The notes below the pieces were generated by a model. That model was not told the DNA's origin and made no database searches. It saw only the letters and a program-made list of their open reading frames with translations. The position numbers were made by a program, and so were the translations under genes. From IMG/VR virus record IMGVR_UViG_3300047159_000046: a DNA stretch of 64,000 nucleotides. The stretch is one strand, 5' to 3'. Origin of the DNA: a virus. Taxonomy: Duplodnaviria > Caudoviricetes. Below, in pieces: positions 40,884 to 52,000 of the stretch; the stretch's first letter is position 1; every line of letters begins with the position of its first letter.

Positions 40884-41306
40884 ATGGATATAGATGTTTT
40901 ATTCAGTTTCAACAGTGAGACTGGTACTGCAGAACAGGCCTGTGCCATTGATAAATGGGCCAAGGAGAACGAAATCGTGTGCAAGTTCAATGACAACAGC
41001 ATGGACAACGGAACACTGCACATAGACAACATGTCAAACAACTGCAATTCTATAACTGAGTTACTGTCAGATGCAGACAAGTATGTCCTAAGGCACTCAC
41101 CGCATTTCATGAAAGACAAGACTGGAATAACTGAGACATTCAGTCTGGATTCGTGCCTTGACAATGAACTGGAAACAGACAACACTGAGATTATAGTGTC
41201 CTCAAAATATACCGTACCTAAAGATGAGCGGCAGTGGCAGGGACAGCAACGGCTGATAGCAGTATTCAGAACAGTGGTGCGACATAATGATACAGAAGAG
41301 TCATAG
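40884..41306 (+). CDS. Hypothetical protein
   Basis: ORF; start trimmed to MDIDVL. Confidence 0.6.
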   Translation: MDIDVLFSFNSETGTAEQACAIDKWAKENEIVCKFNDNSMDNGTLHIDNMSNNCNSITELLSDADKYVLRHSPHFMKDKTGITETFSLDSCLDNELETDNTEIIVSSKYTVPKDERQWQGQQRLIAVFRTVVRHNDTEES

Positions 41307-41407
41307 ACACATGTTTCAAAGAAATATTTTATAAAAATAATTCAAATGACTTTTTGTTGTTTGAATTATTTTTTTTATCTTTGTGTAACAGAATAAATAA
41401 CAATTAT

Positions 41408-42271
41408 ATGAGCAGAATAAGACCATGCATCAAATGGAGCGGTTCCAAAAGGAGCCAGAGCGAGGAAATAGTGAAGCGTATTGACATACAGGACGGAGGA
41501 ACATATTATGAACCATTCCTTGGCGGAGCAAGCGTTTTCATGCAACTGTACAAGGACAAGGAAAAGAATTCCAAAATAAGCAGATTCATTCTAAGCGATT
41601 ATGATCTTGGACTTATGAACCTATGGTTTGCCGTAAGGGATGATTACGAGGACGTTTACAAAAAATACAAATCGGAATGGAACATTCTAAAAGGAATCGA
41701 CAATTGGACCGACAAACGTACCCGTTACGAAAGGATAAGAGAAGAGTACAACAGACTAAGGGAACCAGCATTGTTCATGTTCATCATGAGAGTGACCACC
41801 AACGGAATGCCAAGATACAATCAGAGCGGAGAATTCAACAATTCCCTGCACATACATCGTGACGGAATAAATCCAGAAGAACTGTTAAGCATCATGAAAG
41901 AATGGAGCGCAGTACTGAATGACAAAAGGGTAATTCTTAAAAGCGGTGATTATATAGATATCTGCAAGGACAACAAACAGGGAGATTTCATTTATATGGA
42001 CCCGCCCTATGCACGCACAAAAGGAATGTACGAAGCGGAGGAATTCAACGCCGACAGATGGATGACATGGATGAAACAGGATGTCCGATGCAGTTATATG
42101 TTCTCCTATGACGGAATAAGCGGGAAACACGACAATACAGTTGACACGATAGATCCATCCCTGTATGATACACACGAATATCTTAAAAGCGGGAACTCCT
42201 CTTTTAAAAGAATTAGAATGTCCGACAGAGGTGCTATGGTTTATGAAAGTTTATACATAAAAAGAAAATAA
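41408..42271 (+). CDS. Dam-family (D12 class) DNA adenine methyltransferase
   Basis: IKWSGSKR, YYEPFLGGASV, RYNQSGEFN and FIYMDPPY motifs. Confidence 0.92.
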   Translation: MSRIRPCIKWSGSKRSQSEEIVKRIDIQDGGTYYEPFLGGASVFMQLYKDKEKNSKISRFILSDYDLGLMNLWFAVRDDYEDVYKKYKSEWNILKGIDNWTDKRTRYERIREEYNRLREPALFMFIMRVTTNGMPRYNQSGEFNNSLHIHRDGINPEELLSIMKEWSAVLNDKRVILKSGDYIDICKDNKQGDFIYMDPPYARTKGMYEAEEFNADRWMTWMKQDVRCSYMFSYDGISGKHDNTVDTIDPSLYDTHEYLKSGNSSFKRIRMSDRGAMVYESLYIKRK

Positions 42272-42287
42272 CAAAAATAAAAAAAAC

Positions 42288-42971
42288 ATGAATATGAATT
42301 ATATTAAATTGATTTTTTGCTACTTGATTCCTGTTATATTAATATTGTTGCTGATTTACTCTATGTATGAAATCAGAAAAAACAAAGCACAAAAACATGA
42401 TTTTATTATAAAGAGCAGAATAATGCACATCTTAAAGACGGAAAAAAGTATTTTAAAAATAAAAACATATCAAAATGAATACATATACATTGACACAAAC
42501 AACTATTCTTCCAATAACAGTTCAAGCTGTAAAGATGGAACACATAGCTGTGTAGAGGTAAAAGATAAAGGATTGATCTTACATATATCTACCAATAGTC
42601 AAAATATGTATATAAATAACGACTTAAACAATCATGGAATATCAATTATTTTGATAAAGATACCATACCAAAATATCAAATATATTGGAGGAATCATTGA
42701 CAATGATAACATATCAAAATGTATAGACATCAATATCCTAAAAGAGTTTATAACAGATTGTCAGTCAATAAACAGCGATCTATCTATAAGTTTTTACGGA
42801 TGTAAAGAATATACCATACCATCGCATTGCCTTTCTCAATTCATTACACAAATTGATAATGATACAATACGCATAACAAAAAGCAAATGGGAAACCATAC
42901 AATTAGATACGGTTCAGTTTATATCCATGAAAGATAAATACAACAATTATATACAAATAAAAAATCAATAA
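42288..42971 (+). CDS. Membrane-anchored hypothetical protein
   Basis: N-terminal TM helix. Confidence 0.65.
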   Translation: MNMNYIKLIFCYLIPVILILLLIYSMYEIRKNKAQKHDFIIKSRIMHILKTEKSILKIKTYQNEYIYIDTNNYSSNNSSSCKDGTHSCVEVKDKGLILHISTNSQNMYINNDLNNHGISIILIKIPYQNIKYIGGIIDNDNISKCIDINILKEFITDCQSINSDLSISFYGCKEYTIPSHCLSQFITQIDNDTIRITKSKWETIQLDTVQFISMKDKYNNYIQIKNQ

Positions 42972-43063
42972 AATAATACCAAGATGTTTGCATTTTTGCA
43001 TTAGTAAACTTCTGGTAAAAAATGATTGATTATATAAATTAAACAAAATAAATATTCAATTCT

Positions 43064-43432
43064 ATGGTAGTCGCATTTATAATAGTCATGATTATACTGA
43101 TAGTTTCAATAATCATGTGTTATCTATTAGAAAAAAGAGATAACAGGACATACGCACAAAACATGCGTCAAGCTCAGTATGAGGAACTGGTGGATATATG
43201 GAAAGGACGGATCGAACGGTTTAAATGCGATAAAAGCAGAAAAGCAACATTGATGGTGTATATGAAAGACGGCAATATGTATTGTCTGTATATGCCATAT
43301 TATAAAGACGATTTATATATTGACATTGATGATAAATCATTCAACATCACTTGTTGCAGACAAAAGTATTCACCATATACAATGGTTATCATTTATTTTA
43401 GAAATGTAAAAACAATCAATATAACATATTAA
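43064..43432 (+). CDS. Membrane-anchored hypothetical protein
   Basis: N-terminal TM helix. Confidence 0.65.
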   Translation: MVVAFIIVMIILIVSIIMCYLLEKRDNRTYAQNMRQAQYEELVDIWKGRIERFKCDKSRKATLMVYMKDGNMYCLYMPYYKDDLYIDIDDKSFNITCCRQKYSPYTMVIIYFRNVKTINITY

Positions 43433-43448
43433 TAAAACAAATTTTATA

Positions 43449-43979
43449 ATGGAAATCAAATTATCAAAACAGAGTGCTCTGGATACCATGTATCTGTATA
43501 ATGTGGTACAAATTCCCATATTAGAAGAACTGTATGACAAAATAAAGAATAAACTAACACTTCCTACCGTAATAGATATCAACGGAGATTTGGTCTTGGG
43601 AGTCATTTCCGACATCATACGCAACAAAGCCAAAAATATAAAGATATCCAAAGATAATCTTATTGCATCTCACTGTATATCCTATCAGCTTGACGAACAG
43701 GATATAATGTTTTATGAAGACATAGAACAGACAATAACATCATATTTGATGGATATATTATATTCTCCGACAGGATATATCAACGACATTCCTATGCTCA
43801 AAAATGTATCTATTGTTAATGTGGAAAAAGATGTAACCGATTTGGATAACAGCACTCCCAAAAACATGTTGATATCCGTACTTATGAATGAGTATAAATC
43901 GGAAATAAAATCCGCTTTGTTAGACAAAATAAAACAGACCATAACGGATTATAAAACTAATAAAGAGGAGAATAAATAA
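43449..43979 (+). CDS. Hypothetical protein
   Basis: Operon-like spacing. Confidence 0.7.
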   Translation: MEIKLSKQSALDTMYLYNVVQIPILEELYDKIKNKLTLPTVIDINGDLVLGVISDIIRNKAKNIKISKDNLIASHCISYQLDEQDIMFYEDIEQTITSYLMDILYSPTGYINDIPMLKNVSIVNVEKDVTDLDNSTPKNMLISVLMNEYKSEIKSALLDKIKQTITDYKTNKEENK

Positions 43980-43994
43980 CAAAAAGCATCAGCC

Positions 43995-44378
43995 ATGTCA
44001 ACAGAAGAAATAAAAGCAGACACAGACAATCAGATAGTCAATCATATCATATCGGACCTGAATCGGATTAACATTCACTGTTCGGCATGTTCTGATGAGA
44101 TATGTACATTTTACTCGAACCAGAATGTAATTATAAGACTCTCCAATCAATATTGCAGATTGGATCAGTTCGTCAATGCATTCGGAATGGATATGTTTGA
44201 CAAGAAGTTATTCAGCATAGTATTTTGTGATGACAATACTCCCAATTTCAAGTATTCCAACTTATATATCAAAGATGACAAACTTCCCTATTTAACAGTA
44301 GGTAATAATATACCTGTTGACACTGGCCCCTTTTATGAAAAACTAAAAGCGGCAAAGCCCTTTGTGGCATTGTTTTAA
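43995..44378 (+). CDS. Hypothetical protein
   Basis: Operon-like spacing. Confidence 0.65.
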   Translation: MSTEEIKADTDNQIVNHIISDLNRINIHCSACSDEICTFYSNQNVIIRLSNQYCRLDQFVNAFGMDMFDKKLFSIVFCDDNTPNFKYSNLYIKDDKLPYLTVGNNIPVDTGPFYEKLKAAKPFVALF

Positions 44379-44845
44379 GATACAAGTATAGGATCTTTGT
44401 TAGGAACAATTCTGTAAATTTTTGCGTGCCTTGTTTTGTCATTTTTATAAGGATCATCATATTTTCCACTTATCAGTGCCTTGTGAATGTTTAGATTTAT
44501 GTACAACAAGTCTCTATCATGCAAAGTATCGCAATCATAAACAAACTGTAAGACCTCGAAAGGAGGAAGATTCCAATTTTCCATTTTCATATTCGTTTTG
44601 CATTCTTCTTTATCAAGAATAGCTTCTCCGTGTATAAAAGAGATCGCTATATTTACCGAAGAATACAACTTGGATATACGTTTTTTCCAATTCAATAAAT
44701 GAGTGAGATGGTTGGAAACTCTAAATTCAACTTTTTTATTTTCTATTTTTAAAATTTTGAAATAAGAATCCTTTTCCTTGTCAGATTTCTTTAATCTGTT
44801 ATTATCTTTAATTATCCATACAGCAACATCCTTGTCCATTATCAA
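44375..44845 (-). CDS. Hypothetical protein (FRVSNH motif)
   Basis: 156-aa ORF convergent with the upstream operon. Confidence 0.65.
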   Translation of the reverse strand: MIMDKDVAVWIIKDNNRLKKSDKEKDSYFKILKIENKKVEFRVSNHLTHLLNWKKRISKLYSSVNIAISFIHGEAILDKEECKTNMKMENWNLPPFEVLQFVYDCDTLHDRDLLYINLNIHKALISGKYDDPYKNDKTRHAKIYRIVPNKDPILVS

Positions 44846-45029
44846 TCGTATTTTATTAAAAAATAGTGTTTTATTTCAAAAAATGTTCTTTTATGGAATT
44901 ATTTTCTAAAACAATTTTTCCATTATCTATTGATGAATAAATTCGGATTTTGTGTACAATTTATGCGTTAAAATTTGTTTATGTAATATAAATTTTGTAT
45001 ATTTGTATTGCGTCAAACAAAGAAAAGAT

Positions 45030-45779
45030 ATGGTAAATTTCACGAGATTTGATTCAATAATAAGTCTGGCAAGCTATTTCAGCAATGAGGAGATTTGCCG
45101 TCAGTTCCTCAAAGAGCAGCGTTGGGGAAGCGTGGTGGTTTGTCCCTACTGCGGTTCGGTCCATGTGTATGCCTGTGGTGACGGAAAGAGATTCAAGTGT
45201 GATGGATGCGGAAACAAGTTCAGCGTGCTGGTTGGGACCATATTCGAGAACACCAAGCTGCCCCTCCGCAAATGGTTCATGGCTATGTACCTGCTGTCTT
45301 CGCACAAAAAAGGGGTGTCTTCCCATCAGATTGCAAGGGACATCGAGGTGACACAGAAAACCGCCTGGTTCATGCTCCACAAGATACGCACCCTGCTTGG
45401 TCAGGAGGATAATGTTACGCTTGCTGACGAGGTGGAGTGTGATGAGGCCTACATGGGCGGAAGAGAGAAGAACAAGCACGAGAGCAAAAGGACGGAGGCC
45501 ACACGAGGACGCTCCACAAAGACCAAGACGCCCGTGTTCGGAATGGTGCAGAGAGGCGGGAAGGTAGAACTTCCCAATATTTTGTTTCTTGAAATTTACA
45601 GTGAAGTTAATAACAGAATACAGAATAGTAATTTATTCAAAGATGTCAATAAAAATGACAAAACAAAACAATTGGCAATCTCCCAATATGTGTATTCCGT
45701 AATAACAATGCATTTGTGTACCGATATCAACACAAGTGACAAGATAACACAACATATTAAACAGCTACAGGGCAGTTAA
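45030..45779 (+). mobile_element. Truncated IS1595-family transposase fused to an unrelated tail
   Basis: CPYCG..C..C zinc ribbon, GTIFENTKLPLRKWF, TQKTAWFMLHKIR, VECDEAY and KTPVFGMVQRGG; similarity and high GC end at ~45567. Confidence 0.9.
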
Positions 45780-45827
45780 AAATCAAGCGGAGGAGCGTAA
45801 CAGTTTCTCCGCTTTTTTGTGTAAATA

Positions 45828-45901
45828 TTTTGACATTGTTTTACGTCTGGCACGGTATTTGCGGGGGGGGGGTAAATTCTTGAAATTTTGCAGATATTTA
45901 T
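45828..45901 (+). promoter_or_regulatory. Conserved upstream element with G-tract and TATTTAT putative late promoter (also ~50933-51004, 51495-51568, 54605-54677)
   Basis: GACATTGTTTTACGTCTGGCACGGTATTTGC-Gn-...TTTGCAGATATTTAT recurs before four LTExQLH genes. Confidence 0.75.
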
Positions 45902-45921
45902 CAGTAAAATAACAAAATAAT

Positions 45922-46419
45922 ATGAGAAGAATAAGACTAACGGAGGGACAGCTCCACAATGTAATAAGAGAATCTGTCAATAATATCTTGAACGAAATAA
46001 CAAAGGATCTAAAAAAGAAATGTATGGATAAATCCTACGATTTAGGAAGATATAGCCAAGGTTACAATTTTGCTGATAGTCTATCAAATGATTTGAATAA
46101 TCAGTATGGTTATTCAAATAAAAGAGGTGAGCAGTATTTTGAACCTTCAAACACTGGAAGAATAAAAATGCGCAATAGAACTTATATGGACTCAGATAGA
46201 AGAAATTCGGATTGGTATGTAGATAAAGATGATTACCTATATGGTGATTCTGAGACCAAGTCCTTTGAAAAGTATTCTCCCGCATATGAAAAGATGTTTC
46301 GGCGTTGTCCTGATTACAAGGTTGACGCCCAACTAACCAGCGCAAGTAGGGATAATATTCCTTCATATAGAAACGGAAAACAGGAATTAGATAGGCTTTC
46401 CAATATAACTTATGAATAA
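45922..46419 (+). CDS. MRRIRLTEGQLH-leader protein (putative packaged internal head protein)
   Basis: Conserved leader with LTE/IRE/LNE motifs; unique body. Confidence 0.75.
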   Translation: MRRIRLTEGQLHNVIRESVNNILNEITKDLKKKCMDKSYDLGRYSQGYNFADSLSNDLNNQYGYSNKRGEQYFEPSNTGRIKMRNRTYMDSDRRNSDWYVDKDDYLYGDSETKSFEKYSPAYEKMFRRCPDYKVDAQLTSASRDNIPSYRNGKQELDRLSNITYE

Positions 46420-46423
46420 ATTT

Positions 46424-46460
46424 AAGGCGGAGGAGCTTAACAGTTTCCCCGCTTTTTTTG
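46424..46460 (+). terminator. Conserved AGCGG..CCGCTTTTT terminator of the leader cassettes (also ~45785, 47077, 51448, 54562, 55140)
   Basis: GC stem followed by a T-tract. Confidence 0.8.
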
Positions 46461-46519
46461 TGTATTCAAACCAATAATTAATCTTTTGTATCTATTTATA
46501 TTTAAAAAGAATAATAAGT

Positions 46520-47053
46520 ATGAGAAGAATAAGATTGACAGAGGGACAGCTCCATCGAATAATCATAAACGCAGTCAACGAAGCAAAGAACAAAGGCGGA
46601 AATGGTTTCAATTCAAGAGAGGACATGAGAGAGTATCTGGACCAGTATGACAGAACATCACCTTATGCAGACAAGAGAGGTCCTTATGATAACGAAAATT
46701 TGGTATTCTATAATGATGGCAAAAGCAGGGTGCCAAACAGTGTAATACAGGATTCAAATGCTAAATTATATAAAAGACTGTCTTCCAAAGGTGGTCAGAT
46801 GCAACACGACTGGGAAGAAAACAAACCATTCTGGAGCGGAGCACATAAAGTAAAAGGCGATACCTATATAAACGGTTTTGAGCACGACAGAAATCTTGCC
46901 AATGCGGATTATGATGTTCATAGAGCATATTTATCAGATGCGCCAGTAAAACCATACAACAGGGAATTTTACAGAGATCTGTATGTGGATCATGACGGCG
47001 ATGATGATGATTCTTATGAAAGTCCAATATTGAACGATTACGATTACAGATAA
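46520..47053 (+). CDS. MRRIRLTEGQLH-leader protein
   Basis: Same leader, different acidic body; TATTTATA upstream. Confidence 0.75.
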   Translation: MRRIRLTEGQLHRIIINAVNEAKNKGGNGFNSREDMREYLDQYDRTSPYADKRGPYDNENLVFYNDGKSRVPNSVIQDSNAKLYKRLSSKGGQMQHDWEENKPFWSGAHKVKGDTYINGFEHDRNLANADYDVHRAYLSDAPVKPYNREFYRDLYVDHDGDDDDSYESPILNDYDYR

Positions 47054-47130
47054 CCATAATCATATATAATGAAAAAAGCGGAAGAACAGATTATATTCTT
47101 CCGCTTTTTTTATTATAATTATGGTCTATA

Positions 47131-47832
47131 TCACCATACCTCCACTTTGGTCAATTCCTCATTATCATACTCACATAGAACAGTTTCTCCATTAAAAGAA
47201 TCAGCCTGTTCAATCTTATGGAATTCGGCATCACATTCATCATCATAATATATATATTTGGATAAATACAGTCCCAACATATATTCCAGTTTTGCAGAAC
47301 CTTCTACTTCTATACATTTGATATCCTGTTGGGATAACATATAATCATACAGCAAAGACGTAAGCATTTTTGATACCATTTCTGTATTCCTTACAACAAG
47401 AAGAACATATAAAGCCTGTTTTGACATCATATTCTTTCGTTCTCCATTGGTTGTAATTTCCTTCAGGATATCTCTCAAAGAATTAGCATAATCTTTATCC
47501 ATCAGATTGATAAGAATCTTTCCTTTTGTTGACCTTTTGATATGTTTCTTGTTGACAGAAAAAGTATTCTTATCTTTTTCAACCACAATAAAATCTCCCT
47601 CATCCTTTTCGGTATAAAAGCATACATCAAGATCCGTCAGATAAAATCCGTATTTATCCTTATGATATTTTGATAAGTCACATAGAACCTCAATGTCGTA
47701 TTGTGATTCAAAGTCCAAAGAGCGATAGATATCATCATCATCATTGGGGTTGTCATTTGAAATCCAGCACTCATTCAAAAACATTTTCAAGTTATCAATA
47801 GGGATATCTTTTTTAATTAATATTTTACTCAT
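47131..47832 (-). CDS. Hypothetical protein
   Basis: Last gene of a minus-strand operon; start trimmed to MSKILI. Confidence 0.7.
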   Translation of the reverse strand: MSKILIKKDIPIDNLKMFLNECWISNDNPNDDDDIYRSLDFESQYDIEVLCDLSKYHKDKYGFYLTDLDVCFYTEKDEGDFIVVEKDKNTFSVNKKHIKRSTKGKILINLMDKDYANSLRDILKEITTNGERKNMMSKQALYVLLVVRNTEMVSKMLTSLLYDYMLSQQDIKCIEVEGSAKLEYMLGLYLSKYIYYDDECDAEFHKIEQADSFNGETVLCEYDNEELTKVEVW

Positions 47833-47839
47833 ATTTGTT

Positions 47840-48352
47840 TTATTTTTCAAAATGCGAACTCAAAGATTCCATGAAAAAATATAAATTTTTCATCCACATA
47901 AAAGTTTCCTTTGTTGGAGTAAACTCTACGATTGATGGATTGCTCCTGTCATCATTTATGGTTTCTTTTATATTGCCCTTATCAGTTAAAACATAGGATT
48001 GATACCTATTATCCTCAACCGAAAGAAAAGAAATACCATTCTGGGCAACCTGTATGATTGGAAGTTTTGTCTTGTCCTCAAATATAGATGAAATATCAGG
48101 AAGAACCATCTTAATATCGGAAGCAAAGACCTTCATTCCATAAGAAACGTCATATACAGCATCTTTCGGAAGTCCAACAGGATGCGTATTGGCAAGAATA
48201 TTAAAATTCAAATCTTTATCCGATACGGAAATGAGCAGATTCGCAGATACATATTCCTTGTCTTTTACTATATGATATTTTGTTTCGCATTCATATATCA
48301 TTCGATGATTTTTCTCATTATCATCATATAATTTGATAAAAGAATATTTCAT
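47840..48352 (-). CDS. Hypothetical protein
   Basis: Operon-like spacing. Confidence 0.7.
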   Translation of the reverse strand: MKYSFIKLYDDNEKNHRMIYECETKYHIVKDKEYVSANLLISVSDKDLNFNILANTHPVGLPKDAVYDVSYGMKVFASDIKMVLPDISSIFEDKTKLPIIQVAQNGISFLSVEDNRYQSYVLTDKGNIKETINDDRSNPSIVEFTPTKETFMWMKNLYFFMESLSSHFEK

Positions 48353-48361
48353 TTTCCGATT

Positions 48362-49582
48362 TTAATCTTCAATAAAAGCGGACATATACTCACCTGCAGT
48401 ACTATCTGTGTTAATATTCAGACTCAGTTCGGTTGGGAAAAACTTATCATTTTTTCCATCTACTATAAGAATTCCAAGTCTGTCCGAAGTTTTTAATTCT
48501 GTATTCATTACCAAACGGATATCTCCATTATCCATATCGTCAATATAGTTTAATATATTATAATACCAATTATCAAATCCCTTGACAGTTGGCTTGAAAA
48601 TGTTTCTTATGTTTGAAAAATCCATTTTAAAATTGTCTGGGGTATGGAAAGCATCTTCTATATCCATACTCTTTATTCCATATTCGTTGGAATTCTTCCA
48701 AAACGAATTCAATTCAACCAGTGAAGCAGAACCTATTTCGTTATCAGAAAGCATTCCATATACATCCATGGCATGATCTATTCCATAAACGCATCCTATT
48801 TTCTTAAACCATGAATCATATTCCTTTTTAAAATCACCTATATCTTTTATCAATTCCTTTTTAAAACGACAATGTATCAAATCCCCGAACAGATGTTTAA
48901 AACAGTTCATCTTGTTTTTTCCTACAATTTCCTGTTTCTCCATTTCCGAGCCTATTTCATTATCTGTTAAAACTTCTTTGATATTAAATTTGTTTTCACC
49001 TATGCAATATCCATATAGGTCCTCAAATTTGTATCTGTCATCGTTGATTCTCACCACCTCATTGATATTGTCAATTGTCATTTCAATTCCATATTGATAT
49101 TCATTATGTAGCAACTCGTCATAATGTCTAAAAAAAACATGAATAGGAGCCTGTTTGCTCAAAGTGATATTGTCAATATACATTGCATGAACATCACTTT
49201 TTGTCATTGATACGGATTTTGCATTTGCCGAACTGTACCACTTGTTCCATAATTCTGCAAAATTGCTATTCTTTTTATCCGCATAATGATATATTTTCTG
49301 TGTGGTGATGCTTTTTCCATTAACAAGATTATTGACAGAAATAGACAGACGAAGTGCAGAATCTTTTATGTCCTCTTCATTTTGTTCCATAACAACCTTT
49401 ATGGAAGTATATACATCATAAAATTGAATGGTAAGAGTGTTTTCGGAGGAATCTAATATTTTCAATCTAAAATCAGCAGACACTTCCCTGCGTATGTTTT
49501 TCAGCATATTCTGTATATCAGATAAAAATCCTATACTCTTGAATGTTTCAACCATGTTTTCTGTATTATTCATTTGTGTCAT
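48362..49582 (-). CDS. Hypothetical protein
   Basis: 406-aa ORF. Confidence 0.75.
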   Translation of the reverse strand: MTQMNNTENMVETFKSIGFLSDIQNMLKNIRREVSADFRLKILDSSENTLTIQFYDVYTSIKVVMEQNEEDIKDSALRLSISVNNLVNGKSITTQKIYHYADKKNSNFAELWNKWYSSANAKSVSMTKSDVHAMYIDNITLSKQAPIHVFFRHYDELLHNEYQYGIEMTIDNINEVVRINDDRYKFEDLYGYCIGENKFNIKEVLTDNEIGSEMEKQEIVGKNKMNCFKHLFGDLIHCRFKKELIKDIGDFKKEYDSWFKKIGCVYGIDHAMDVYGMLSDNEIGSASLVELNSFWKNSNEYGIKSMDIEDAFHTPDNFKMDFSNIRNIFKPTVKGFDNWYYNILNYIDDMDNGDIRLVMNTELKTSDRLGILIVDGKNDKFFPTELSLNINTDSTAGEYMSAFIED

Positions 49583-49586
49583 TTTT

Positions 49587-50843
49587 TTATTTTATTTTAC
49601 TTTTACATTCCTCAATAATATCATTGCCAATATTCATATCAAAACATTCCTTAATCTCGTCACAATTAAATGTCCGATATGTATCCTTGTCATTACCAAA
49701 CACAAGAAAATAAGCCTTGTCTGTTTCTTTGACAAAGAAAACATTTTCCAAATGCCCATTGGACTTTTGACAAAAGAAATCATATATCATTCTCATATCC
49801 ATTACTTTGAACAGCAAACAATCAAATGCAAAATCAAGATGGATTTCAAAACTGAAAGTATTGATAAGCGAATATATTATCAACGGGAAGGGATATATCT
49901 GTTTTTCTCCTATTCTTTTCCATACCTCCCCATTCTCCGTCTCATGGAAACCGACTCGGCATGGAATATTATCATTTATAACCTTTTCGGGAAAATACTG
50001 GATATCTGTTTTCTCTGCCTTTATGAAAGATACGGTCTGCTCTATTATATGATCCAGCAGTGGTTCGTTAACGTTTAATCCCATATACCTTTTTATATCC
50101 TGACAATATTTTTGACAATATATATAAAACATTGTTTCTCTTTTTTTGAGTCTGGAATAAAAGGAATGCATATCTTCGTTATTGTCATATCCACGATATA
50201 CCTTCATCGCAAAAGGTGTCAAAGACAAGTATCTGTCTTTTTGAGTATAATATCCAATAATAAATGGAACATCCAAATTTTTACCATTGAAACATACACT
50301 TTGTGCATCCTCTTCACTCCATACCAGCTCATCTGAATGTCTCACATGAAACAAAACAGGACTATAATGTTGATTAATATCTGATTTTTTCAAATAAACA
50401 ATGGTAATATCACTTTTCTTGTTAAGATGATCAAAATACAGATTTTTCGCATCTTCCACGTTCTCCGATCTTAAGAATGGATAATGGTCATAAACATTAA
50501 CCACATATTTGTTCCAGAAATCCTCCGCAATTTTTCCCTCATCCACAAAATCATCGGTTAATTGCAATATAACTGGTTGCCCATTCCTTTTTATATTATA
50601 AGTCCGTTTGCTAATGGGATTGTAAAAATCTATATCCACCACAATATCCCTTCCATTCTCATGATTTGTAAATACAAGCAAACCAGAAACATAAGGAGCA
50701 AAAAACTCTATTTCCATACTATCCGTCCATGCAGATTTGACGTAACACGACATAAAACTTTTTGATACCAGTTCCCTGAACTTCATCATCAGGTTTATTT
50801 TATGGAAATTGACATTATTAAAGTATGTTTCTTTTTCTTTCAT
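49587..50843 (-). CDS. Hypothetical protein
   Basis: Long ORF after the TATATTTG promoter at ~50870. Confidence 0.75.
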   Translation of the reverse strand: MKEKETYFNNVNFHKINLMMKFRELVSKSFMSCYVKSAWTDSMEIEFFAPYVSGLLVFTNHENGRDIVVDIDFYNPISKRTYNIKRNGQPVILQLTDDFVDEGKIAEDFWNKYVVNVYDHYPFLRSENVEDAKNLYFDHLNKKSDITIVYLKKSDINQHYSPVLFHVRHSDELVWSEEDAQSVCFNGKNLDVPFIIGYYTQKDRYLSLTPFAMKVYRGYDNNEDMHSFYSRLKKRETMFYIYCQKYCQDIKRYMGLNVNEPLLDHIIEQTVSFIKAEKTDIQYFPEKVINDNIPCRVGFHETENGEVWKRIGEKQIYPFPLIIYSLINTFSFEIHLDFAFDCLLFKVMDMRMIYDFFCQKSNGHLENVFFVKETDKAYFLVFGNDKDTYRTFNCDEIKECFDMNIGNDIIEECKSKIK

Positions 50844-51019
50844 TTTATATGTCTTAAAATATATTTTCACAAATATAAATGTTTATTTCAACTTATGCAA
50901 ATCAAACAACATTTATTTTATATATATTTATTTTAACATTGTTTCACATCTGGCACGGTATTTGAGGAGGAGGGGCAAATTATGTAAATTTTGCAGATAT
51001 TTATCAGTAAAAGAAAAGT

Positions 51020-51418
51020 ATGAGAAGAGTAAGATTAACGGAGGGACAGCTCCACAACGTGATTAGAGAATCTGTCAGTCAGATATTGAACGAGATTGAT
51101 TGGAAAACGTATGAGAACGCTGCTTATGGAAAACAGAGACGAATGAAGAATCCAGGTGATATGGATGAATGGAAAAGAGAAACAGGGCCTTTACTGGATG
51201 CAGCATATAGAGCTCTACATAGAAAATATCCACATTTACAATCTGCATTGAATAAGAATTACGCCGATGAACCACTCACTCCAGAAGAACAGGAAGAGTT
51301 AGAAGCATACGATGAGGAATATTTTAATTTCAGTAATAATTATTACAAATACGAAAAGGGTGGAAGAGGATATTATTTTGATGATGACGATGATTATCTT
51401 GATGATGAAGATGAATAA
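51020..51418 (+). CDS. MRRVRLTEGQLH-leader protein
   Basis: Conserved leader; very acidic C-terminus. Confidence 0.75.
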   Translation: MRRVRLTEGQLHNVIRESVSQILNEIDWKTYENAAYGKQRRMKNPGDMDEWKRETGPLLDAAYRALHRKYPHLQSALNKNYADEPLTPEEQEELEAYDEEYFNFSNNYYKYEKGGRGYYFDDDDDYLDDEDE

Positions 51419-51586
51419 CACATTCTCATATTTGATATGATAACATTAAGCGGAGAAACGTAACAGTTTTTCCGCTTTTTTTTGTATAAATATTTTTGAC
51501 ATTGTTTTACGTCTGGCACGGTATTTGCGGGGGGGGGGTAAATTATCAAAACTTTGCAGATATTTATAGGAAAAGAAATAAAAATT

Positions 51587-51862
51587 ATGAGTAAAATTAG
51601 ATTAACAGAATCGCAATTACACAGAGTGATTAATGAATCAATGAATCAAATCATCAGAGAGGAATTTGAAGGCGAAAACAATAGATTGGGAGCTATGTTC
51701 GGAGATTTAATAGATGTGTTATATGAAATTAACCAAGATCCAGAAAATGCCTCCCAATTGATACAAAAAGCTCTTGCGGTGATTGGTAAAATGGCTGAAA
51801 AGACAGGAGTTAGATTAAACGGCAATGGAACATTTATGAATCTTTATAACCAATCTTTCTAA
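51587..51862 (+). CDS. MSKIRLTESQLH-leader protein
   Basis: Conserved leader; start trimmed. Confidence 0.75.
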   Translation: MSKIRLTESQLHRVINESMNQIIREEFEGENNRLGAMFGDLIDVLYEINQDPENASQLIQKALAVIGKMAEKTGVRLNGNGTFMNLYNQSF

Positions 51863-52000
51863 GATCACATAGACACATAAAATCCCGACTCAATAATTTG
51901 AATCGGGATTATTTATTTGGTATCTACCAATATGTCTTTTCATACAACAAAAGCGGAAGAATCTTGAATGGTTCTTCCGCTTTTGTGTATATCATTCCTT

